Origin: Calditrichaceae bacterium
GTDB taxonomy: Bacteria; Calditrichota; Calditrichia; Calditrichales; JBFXGD01
Assembly (NCBI GenBank): GCA_050178385.1
Contig: JBFXGD010000118.1
Coordinates: forward strand, 1-10,835
Direction: 5' to 3'
Length of the DNA: 10,835 bases
The translations under genes were made by a program, and so were the position numbers. The notes beneath the pieces were generated by a model, which ran no database searches, was not told where the DNA came from, and saw nothing but the letters and a program-made list of their open reading frames with translations. This document shows, in pieces, positions 1-7,091 of the stretch (position 1 is the stretch's first letter; each line of letters opens with the position of its first letter).

Positions 1-1551
1 AACAGACAGGTGAAAGAATACCAGGCGGTTGGTCTGGATATAACAACTCTGAAGAAAACAGAGGAAGAATTACAATTTGCCAGAGATCAGTTGAGAGCGG
101 TTATAGACGCTGTTCCCGGACTGATATCCTGGGTTGATAAAGAGCTAAAGTATGTTGGAGCAAATCAATTTTTCGCCAATATTTTTAACAAAAAGCCGGA
201 AGAGATTGTTGGAAAAAATGTCGGATTTTCCAATTCAAATTCAGAGTATATTACGTTTGTCAAAGATTTTTTTAAAAGTACCGAAAAAACAGAGGCAAGA
301 GAAGCTGTTTCCATTTTTAATGACCGGAAATACACTCATTTTATAGAGGCCCAGAAATATAATAATGGGAATGAAGCTGTTTTCGTAGGCATTGATATTA
401 CGGAAATTCGAACCACTCAAAAAGATCTTGATTATAAGATCAGGTTTGAAAAACTTATCACATCAATAGCAACCCGATTCATCAACCTACCCCCGGAAAA
501 AATCGACGCTGCCATAGAGGATTCCTTAAAAGAAATTGGAGAATATGCGCGAATTGACCGCAGTTATGTGTTCCTTTTTTCTGATGACGGTCAATATATG
601 GACAATACGCACGAGTGGTGTGCTGAAGGAATAAAACCGGAAATTGGCAACCTTAAAAAACTCCCGGTTGAAAATTATAAATGGTGGATTCGAAGGTTAA
701 AAAAATTCCAGCACATACATATCCCGGATGTCGCTAAGCTCCCGCCGGATGCTGATGAAGAAAAAAAGATTTTACAGGCGCAGAATATTCAATCACTCAT
801 TGTTCTCCCAATGCGTTCCGGCCCTGCCGGGGCAGATAATCGTCTCGTCGGATTTTTGGGATTTGATCACGCAAAATCCGGAATCTCCTGGTCCGATGAA
901 AGCATAGCCCTGTTAAAAGTTATGGGAGTGTTTATTGTAAATGTGATAGAGAGAAAAAAAATGACTCTGTCTCTATCACAACTGACTGATAAAAATAAAA
1001 TGTTAGAACGGGAAATACATCAGCATAATTCGGAGATTAATCTGTTAAACGATCTTTCCGGCTTGCTGGAGGCGTGTACCGAGACTGAAGATGTTTTTTT
1101 ATTACTTCGGAATTTTCTACATAAAATTTTCCCAAAAACATCCGGCGCCATATATCTGCATCGGGATTCTGAAATGGTATTTGACATGGTTGTTGAATGG
1201 GGTGATTTCGTTAAAGATGAGAATATTGTAACGAAAAAGGATTGCTGGGCGCTTAAACGCTTACAACCTCATAATTTCAGCAATCATCAATCAGACCTGG
1301 CATGTAAGCACCTCTCGGAAAACAATAGTTACGGGTATTTTTGCATTCCTATGATCGCGCAGGGAGAACTGATGGGACTTTTTCATCTCAGAAAAACCAT
1401 CCCGAAAAATGGTCACATTGAAGAGTCAAATAATCTGATGAAAGGATCAGATCTTCGGTTTGCGACCGCTTTGGCCAGACATATCGCACTTACTTTAAAC
1501 AATCTGTTTCTCAAAAGACTTATTGAAAACGGATCAGGCAAGAAGGAGTAA
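1..1551 (+). CDS. Multi-domain sensor protein (PAC-PAS-GAF-GAF), 5'-partial; no intact output domain at the C-terminus
   Basis: The frame is open from base 1 (NRQVKEYQAVGLDIT, a PAC-type DIT ending), so GTG 10 is probably not the real start. A PAS follows (LRAVIDAVPGLISWVD...YVGAN...EEIVGK...GIDITE), then GAF1 (DRSYVF...NTHEWC...QSLIVLPM...GFLGFD), a coiled-coil linker and GAF2 (SGAIYL...CWALKR...CKH...CIPMIAQGELMGLFHL). Stop is TAA 1549-1551. Confidence 0.85.
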   Translation, partial: NRQVKEYQAVGLDITTLKKTEEELQFARDQLRAVIDAVPGLISWVDKELKYVGANQFFANIFNKKPEEIVGKNVGFSNSNSEYITFVKDFFKSTEKTEAREAVSIFNDRKYTHFIEAQKYNNGNEAVFVGIDITEIRTTQKDLDYKIRFEKLITSIATRFINLPPEKIDAAIEDSLKEIGEYARIDRSYVFLFSDDGQYMDNTHEWCAEGIKPEIGNLKKLPVENYKWWIRRLKKFQHIHIPDVAKLPPDADEEKKILQAQNIQSLIVLPMRSGPAGADNRLVGFLGFDHAKSGISWSDESIALLKVMGVFIVNVIERKKMTLSLSQLTDKNKMLEREIHQHNSEINLLNDLSGLLEACTETEDVFLLLRNFLHKIFPKTSGAIYLHRDSEMVFDMVVEWGDFVKDENIVTKKDCWALKRLQPHNFSNHQSDLACKHLSENNSYGYFCIPMIAQGELMGLFHLRKTIPKNGHIEESNNLMKGSDLRFATALARHIALTLNNLFLKRLIENGSGKKE

Positions 1552-1601
1552 TCCGGATTGTTCAAAAAAAACATATGATGACTTCATTAACAGATGAAAT
1601 A
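1552..1601 (+). pseudogene. Probable decayed remnant of the N-terminus of a GGDEF domain formerly fused to the upstream sensor
   Basis: Read-through gives S-G-K-K-E-*-S-G-L-F, in register with SxRDxLTGLF. A 1-nt shift in the A8 run (1564-1571) then gives K-K-H-M-M-T-S-L-T-D-E-I, resembling RRYMEESLEREI. Confidence 0.5.
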
Positions 1602-1879
1602 TACCCTTAGTTTGCCATGAAAATTCCGGACGATTTTCCGGGTGAGAAATTTATGGTTTCAACAAACTATTACAATCCGAATAGTCACTGTTTTAACACA
1701 GGCAAAGTCAGCCCGCGCCGATAGTGTCGTTTTTAAATTTCCTGGTAAACACGATCAGTTTCAAATTTATATGTGTGTACCAATTTTATTTATTCTTTGA
1801 TTTTTTGCTTTAAAGCTGACGGGAATATATATTCATCATTTATTTTATGAAATCTATTTGAATTTTTAAGGAAATTGAA

Positions 1880-2587
1880 ATGAGCAGCGGCGATATCCTG
1901 GGATTGGTTTTGACATACGCGAGTGTATTTTTAGTTCTGATCTCTGTGGAAAAATTCAGAAAAAAATTCAACTGGCCGCAATACCTGACAAGAAAAATTG
2001 TTCATATTGCCGGTGGCATGTGGATTTGGGTCATTTTGTATTTTTTTGATCACTGGTATATGGGACTTATTCCTTTCGGATCATTTATTGTTTTAAATTA
2101 TATCTTTCACAAAAAACACACATTCAAGTCTATTGATGACAAAGGATCCACACCGGGAACAATATATTTTTCGTTCTCAATTACGCTTCTGCTTCTTTTG
2201 TTTTGGAGAACGGACGGAAGCCCTGACAGGGCTCCGATTGCGGTAGCCGCGATCATGGCCATGACCTGGGGGGATGCGCTTGCCTGTCTGATTGGTGAAA
2301 GATGGGGAACCCGCAGATTAAAGGTTTTCGGGAATGGATTTACCTTCGAAGGTTCAATGGCGATGTTCGTATTCAGCTTTATCAGCATGACTCTAACCCT
2401 TGCGTTTCTGTCAAATTCGACTTTAAGTTCACTCAGCCCTCCGATGAATCTGACTCAGGCGGCAGTTCATGCGTTCATCGCCGCGACCGTCGCGCTTACC
2501 GCCGAAATGTTGTCGTCAGGTGGAACCGACAATCTTACAGTCCCTCTGTTAACAGGGCTTACGCTTTGGATTCTAAGTGTGTTATAG
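1880..2587 (+). CDS. Phytol/dolichol (polyprenol) kinase family integral membrane protein (CTP-dependent, cytidylyltransferase-like fold; VTE5-like)
   Basis: 235 aa and multi-TM. Family motifs: RKIVH, GTIYF, WGDALACLIGERWG, xTxEGS and C-terminal E...DNLTVP. AAGGA RBS-like sequence lies upstream of ATG 1880. Confidence 0.8.
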   Translation: MSSGDILGLVLTYASVFLVLISVEKFRKKFNWPQYLTRKIVHIAGGMWIWVILYFFDHWYMGLIPFGSFIVLNYIFHKKHTFKSIDDKGSTPGTIYFSFSITLLLLLFWRTDGSPDRAPIAVAAIMAMTWGDALACLIGERWGTRRLKVFGNGFTFEGSMAMFVFSFISMTLTLAFLSNSTLSSLSPPMNLTQAAVHAFIAATVALTAEMLSSGGTDNLTVPLLTGLTLWILSVL

Positions 2588-2629
2588 AATAATTCATTTA
2601 CCAGATTACAAAAAATACGGAAAGACTGA

Positions 2630-3088
2630 ATGAAACTCGCGACATTATGCTATATCCGCAATAAAGACAAGACTCTTATGCTTCATCGAATAAAAAAAGA
2701 AAACGATATTCACGAAGGTAAATGGAATGGCCTTGGCGGGAAATTTGAACCCGGAGAGACCCCGGAAGAATGCGTGATTCGGGAAGTGAAGGAAGAATCG
2801 GGATTAAACATCATCAGCCCGATTTTAAAAGGCGTATTAACCTTTCCGGAGTTCAGCAAAGGGGAAGACTGGTACGTTTTTCTATTTGTGGCGGACAAAT
2901 TTACCGGTGAGTTGATTGAATCCAATGAAGGGCATCTGGAGTGGATTGACAACAAAATGATAAAGGACTTGCCATTGTGGGAAGGGGATCATCTGTTCCT
3001 GGATTGGCTTGAGCAGGACCGCTTCTTTTCCGCGAAATTTGTGTATCGCGATGATCAACTGACCGGACATCGTGTGACATTTTACTAA
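2630..3088 (+). CDS. mutT: 8-oxo-dGTP diphosphatase (MutT/MutX/MTH1-like Nudix hydrolase)
   Basis: Complete Nudix box GKFEPGETPEECVIREVKEESGL. Flanking MutX-type motifs: ATLCY, LMLHR.KK, KWNGLGG, EG.LEW and LPLWEGD. Confidence 0.88.
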   Translation: MKLATLCYIRNKDKTLMLHRIKKENDIHEGKWNGLGGKFEPGETPEECVIREVKEESGLNIISPILKGVLTFPEFSKGEDWYVFLFVADKFTGELIESNEGHLEWIDNKMIKDLPLWEGDHLFLDWLEQDRFFSAKFVYRDDQLTGHRVTFY

Positions 3089-5490
3089 AATTTATAACCG
3101 GCTGTAAAGTAAGCGTTTGTTCGAAACTGATCAGGATAGTAAACGCTTTTTGATCCACGGCTGATGATGAATTCCAGTGGACCTATAAGTGATAAAAACT
3201 TTACTCCGATACCATACCCCCAAAGAAATTCTGTCGCAGGTAATCCAATGTTTTCATCTTCCCTGAACATGGCGGCATTTGTAATTAACTTAAAGAAGAT
3301 ATCTTTTTTGTATTGATAGCGGTAGTCAAACCGCAGAAAACCGTACTTAGTGCCGATAAGCTGATTGTAATCCACACCGACAAACGAATCGGGACCGCCC
3401 TGATAACTGTATTTATAAACCGGTATATCATCAATACCCCAGCATTGGAATCCTTTTATGCGTAGTGTATGTCTGTTAAAGATTGTATGATAAATATCTA
3501 CGGATACATCGACCCGGTTATAGTTGAGATCGGAATATAGATCTGTCATGCTAAGTTCATAATTTGCTTTTAAGGAAAACCCGTTTCTGGGTATCAATAC
3601 ATCATCAAGCAAATCCATTGTTAAAGATGTCTGTATCCTCCGTAATTTATCATTCCAGGTGGGGAAAAGCTCTGGATCAGGGAAAGATATAAGGGGATTT
3701 ATATCCATATACTCATGACTATATTCCGCTTCAGCCACGAGAATATTGCTCAACAATATTCCTATACCGATCCCAAAAGTATGTGATCGGTCGTTATATG
3801 TAGCTATTTTTTTACCGTGTTGTTCATATAGATCGATAGGAATATCTTTAAAATCGTAATGAATATATGGGTAAACCGGAAAGTCAAGTGTTCGTGACGG
3901 GTATAATGTTTTTGATTGAATTCTGGTCAAGCCGGCGAATTGTAATGTCAGTTCATTTCTCAAGCCGGGGATAAAAACATTGGTTGCCTGTAATCCGACG
4001 ATCCCGACGGCATTGTAAAAATTATCATAACGGAAACCGATTCTAATCTTGCGCAGGGGCTTTTCTTTGACCCGGATTATCAGCCGGATCCTTTTTTCTG
4101 AATACGGCTCAACTTCGTATGTGATTGTTTCAAAATAACCCAGACTGTATAGCTGAGTAATCCGTTCCTTCAGTTTTGCCTGGTCGAACGGCTCACCCGG
4201 CAGAATGCCTATTACCCTATAGATAAAAGAAAATGGAAGCGATTCGTTACCATCAATCGAGATACCATGTATGACCGGTTTTTCGTATTCTTTGATGTTG
4301 ACCGTGATTTTCACACTCTTATCGGTAACTTTTTCCGCATCACAGTCAATATATTCATAACGGCCAGAGGATTTTAACTGTTGTATATTCCTTCTGAGCT
4401 GCACAGGATTAAATGTTTCCTGTGGGTGTAAATTGAGTAATTCAGAAATATATTTGAAGGGCAATGATGATTGACCCACAAAACTAATACTTTGAATATA
4501 CAATTCTTCTTCGGAGTGGATAAGCGGATCAATACTCATGTCCTGCTGAGCGAAATGTTTTTTCTTTAGTTCAATTAACAGTATTTTTAGATCACTTGCC
4601 GCTTCATCTCCGATTTTTATAATTTCTTTAACTCTTTCGGTTTCAAAATCAGCTGAAGTAAAGCCGTCTAGCCCGGGTGTAATCAGAATATCGGTTTTTG
4701 AAATATTTTCCTTCTCTTTTTGAAATCCGGGGATATTAATCGACTGATCCAATATCTGTAAGAGCGAGTTCAGGTCACCTCTTTTTCTTAAGGGGGTGCC
4801 GACGTTAACAGCGATAACTATTTCCGCACCCATGTCCCTGACCACATCAACCGGAAGGTTATTGAGCAGGCCCCCATCAATCAGCAACGAGTCTCCCCAA
4901 GGGACAGGACTAAATACACTGGGGATAGACATGGTCGCTCTCATAGCCCTTGAGAGTGACCCTCTGTTTAAAATGACTTCGTTACCGGTAAGCAGGTCAA
5001 CAGCTATGCATCGAAATGGAATGGGCAGCTCATTAAAATCATTGATAGACTCCACAGGCACCGTCAAACTTGAAAAAAACAGGGAGATCTTCTGTCCGTT
5101 GATCACACCGCTGGGGACAACAGGCGTAAATCCTTTTAATCCGAATTCGATCTGATAAATGCCATCGTCTTTTTTTTGCAGATACGGAAGGTTCTTTCTT
5201 GATGGTTTATCACTCAGATATTCCATCCAGTCGGATTCGATGGCGATTTTTTCAATTTCTTTGCCTGAATAACCGATGGAATTTAACGCTCCCATAATCC
5301 CGCCCATACTCGTCCCGGCAATATAATCGATAGGGATCTCTAAAGAGTCGATCATTTTCAGGGTTCCAATATGGGCGAAGCCTCTCGCGCCGCCGCCGGC
5401 AAGAACGAGTCCGATTTTTGGACGTCCTTCTGCGGCTTGAGAACAGAATACAATTACAAAATGGAGAAGAATAAAAATTATTCTTTTCAT
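3085..5490 (-). CDS. Patatin-like phospholipase fused to two POTRA repeats and an Omp85/BamA-type beta-barrel (PlpD-like, type Vd architecture)
   Basis: Signal peptide MKRIIFILLHFVIVFCSQA. Patatin motifs: GGGARG oxyanion loop, GTSMG catalytic Ser and DGG catalytic Asp. Two POTRA-like repeats at about aa 330-401 and 405-476. Amphipathic beta-strands end in the beta-signal YFTAGYKF. Confidence 0.88.
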   Translation of the reverse strand: MKRIIFILLHFVIVFCSQAAEGRPKIGLVLAGGGARGFAHIGTLKMIDSLEIPIDYIAGTSMGGIMGALNSIGYSGKEIEKIAIESDWMEYLSDKPSRKNLPYLQKKDDGIYQIEFGLKGFTPVVPSGVINGQKISLFFSSLTVPVESINDFNELPIPFRCIAVDLLTGNEVILNRGSLSRAMRATMSIPSVFSPVPWGDSLLIDGGLLNNLPVDVVRDMGAEIVIAVNVGTPLRKRGDLNSLLQILDQSINIPGFQKEKENISKTDILITPGLDGFTSADFETERVKEIIKIGDEAASDLKILLIELKKKHFAQQDMSIDPLIHSEEELYIQSISFVGQSSLPFKYISELLNLHPQETFNPVQLRRNIQQLKSSGRYEYIDCDAEKVTDKSVKITVNIKEYEKPVIHGISIDGNESLPFSFIYRVIGILPGEPFDQAKLKERITQLYSLGYFETITYEVEPYSEKRIRLIIRVKEKPLRKIRIGFRYDNFYNAVGIVGLQATNVFIPGLRNELTLQFAGLTRIQSKTLYPSRTLDFPVYPYIHYDFKDIPIDLYEQHGKKIATYNDRSHTFGIGIGILLSNILVAEAEYSHEYMDINPLISFPDPELFPTWNDKLRRIQTSLTMDLLDDVLIPRNGFSLKANYELSMTDLYSDLNYNRVDVSVDIYHTIFNRHTLRIKGFQCWGIDDIPVYKYSYQGGPDSFVGVDYNQLIGTKYGFLRFDYRYQYKKDIFFKLITNAAMFREDENIGLPATEFLWGYGIGVKFLSLIGPLEFIISRGSKSVYYPDQFRTNAYFTAGYKF

Positions 5491-5680
5491 AGCATCCTAA
5501 ATATGAAAATATGGATGTTAGCCTGTCAAACCCTGGTACTTGAGATTTAAATTAGATATGGGATAACATAAAAATCAAATTAAAAAAAGAAAATCGCTAT
5601 TCTGTTGCGCCAGCATTTTTATAGGCTTATCTTATTCAAGATTTGAGATATCTATTAGATATTAATTTCTTGTTTGTTTT

Positions 5681-5694
5681 ATTGATATATCAAT
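5681..5694. promoter_or_regulatory. Perfect 14-bp palindrome, candidate operator in the divergent intergenic region
   Basis: ATTGATATATCAAT abuts a CATAAT (-10-like) hexamer at 5695-5700, upstream of the lamin-tail gene. Confidence 0.35.
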
Positions 5695-5751
5695 CATAAT
5701 TCAATATTTTTCAAAAATTTAGAAAGGTTGTCTATTTTAGATGGAGGACTT

Positions 5752-7035
5752 ATGAGAATAATCGCTATAATAGTATGTATATTCGCGATTGTATCAATTG
5801 GGATTGGTCAGGAATCGGGTAAAGTTATTATCACTGAAATTATGTATAATCCGAAATCCACCGAAACGACTGAAATGACTCAGTACATTGAAATAGGTAA
5901 TACGACCCCTGATCCTATATCTTTGATTAACTGGACTATCGACGATGAAGATACGGACGGACCAAATATATTGCCGGATATCACGCTCCCCCCATACGGG
6001 ATTTTGGTTATATGTGAATGTACGGAATCCGATTTTACAGGCGCATGGGGAACCGGCATTACAGTGATTTCTTTAACAGATATCGGGCAGTCAATGTTCA
6101 ACTTAGGTAATAGCCCATCATCCACAGATGAAATAATCCAACTAAGGGATGATCTGGGGAATTTGGTTGATGAAGTTAATTATGATGATTCTGGAGCCTG
6201 GCCATCAGACGCGAGTCAAGTTGCAATTTATCTTAATCTACCTAATGAAAATATGAATGCAGCTTCGAATAACGATGGATCTAACTGGGCCAATTCAAGT
6301 GGCGGAGTTGATGGGGCATATAATTCTCAAATTTTTGGAGTCTGGAATCAGATTGAAACAGGGTCTCCCGGAAATATTATGGGAGATTTGTCTCTCCCGG
6401 TTGAATTATCGTCTTTTACAGCATATTCCGGAGACGGCAATATTACTCTTCGCTGGACTACACAATCTGAAGTAGATAATCAGGGATATATTATTCTCCG
6501 TTCTGAGAACAAAGACGATGATTATCTCGAGGTGGATTCATATGTATATAATGAAACCTTGAATGGGGCAGGCAATACGTCTGAGAGCACAAAATATGTA
6601 TATATCGATAGATTTCTACTAAATGATAATACTTATTGGTACAAATTGGTTGATGTTGACATAAATGGCATTCGTACTGATCACGGCCCGATTTCGGCGA
6701 CCCCTCATCAGTCAGTTCTTATGTCCGGAACAGGCAACGTACCGCAGAGTTTTGCGCTACACCGGAACTATCCGAACCCCTTCAATCCATCAACCCGGAT
6801 AAGTTTTGATATCCCTTCAGACAAAGGAGGGTCTGTCAATGCGGAAATTGCGGTTTTTGATGTGCTGGGCCGAAAGATAAAAACAATAATCTCAGATTCC
6901 TTCGCGCCGGGAACGTATGAGATTGAATGGGATGGGAAAAATGAACAGGCGATTCCCATGTCCTCCGGAATGTATTTTCTGACCCTAAAATCAGATACTT
7001 ATGTTTCGACACGAAAAATGATTTTATCACGCTGA
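5752..7035 (+). CDS. Secreted lamin-tail-domain (LTD) protein with C-terminal FlgD-Ig/T9SS type A-like sorting domain
   Basis: ATG 5752 is preceded by GGAGG (5743-5747) and is a better start than TTG 5728. Signal peptide MRIIAIIVCIFAIVSIGIG. LTD motifs VIITEIMYNP...YIEIGN...ISLINWTI...IIQLRD...VDEV.Y...SPG. An LPVELSSFTA Ig-like module and the CTD NYPNPFNPST...FDVLGRKI...WDG...SSGMYF...TRKMIL follow. Confidence 0.82.
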   Translation: MRIIAIIVCIFAIVSIGIGQESGKVIITEIMYNPKSTETTEMTQYIEIGNTTPDPISLINWTIDDEDTDGPNILPDITLPPYGILVICECTESDFTGAWGTGITVISLTDIGQSMFNLGNSPSSTDEIIQLRDDLGNLVDEVNYDDSGAWPSDASQVAIYLNLPNENMNAASNNDGSNWANSSGGVDGAYNSQIFGVWNQIETGSPGNIMGDLSLPVELSSFTAYSGDGNITLRWTTQSEVDNQGYIILRSENKDDDYLEVDSYVYNETLNGAGNTSESTKYVYIDRFLLNDNTYWYKLVDVDINGIRTDHGPISATPHQSVLMSGTGNVPQSFALHRNYPNPFNPSTRISFDIPSDKGGSVNAEIAVFDVLGRKIKTIISDSFAPGTYEIEWDGKNEQAIPMSSGMYFLTLKSDTYVSTRKMILSR

Positions 7036-7050
7036 TATTAAAATCGATAT

Positions 7051-7078
7051 AAAAAACCCGCCCGGCGCGGGTTTTTTT
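7051..7078. terminator. Bidirectional rho-independent terminator
   Basis: AAAAAACCCGC-ccggc-GCGGGTTTTTTT is a perfect 11-bp inverted repeat with A/T tails on both sides. It lies between convergent stops at 7035 and 7092. Confidence 0.88.
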
Positions 7079-7091
7079 ATTATTACTATTG

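Noticed and set aside
1615..1656. Imperfect stem-loop (TCCGGA-cgattt-TCCGGG with CCATGAA/TTTATGG outer arms) as terminator or ncRNA
   Set aside because: It has a large internal loop, no proper U-tract, and is built from the generally abundant CCGG word. It is not supportable as a feature.
1695..1760. CACAGGCAAA resembling the start of a c-di-GMP-I (GEMM) riboswitch downstream of a DGC-like gene
   Set aside because: The following GAAA-tetraloop stem and GACGCAAAGC core are absent.
2630..3088. Nudix enzyme as a prenyl-diphosphate hydrolase or IPP isomerase of the proposed lipid pathway
   Set aside because: Its motifs fit the MutT/MutX 8-oxo-dGTPase subfamily well, so a housekeeping role is more parsimonious.
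5500..5529. Minus-strand TTGACA (5529-5524) with CATATT as the patatin promoter
   Set aside because: The implied start site would fall at or after the gene's own RBS, and the -10 match is weak.
5682..5693. TTGAT..ATCAA as an FNR box
   Set aside because: The spacer is 2 nt, not the 4 nt of TTGAT-N4-ATCAA.
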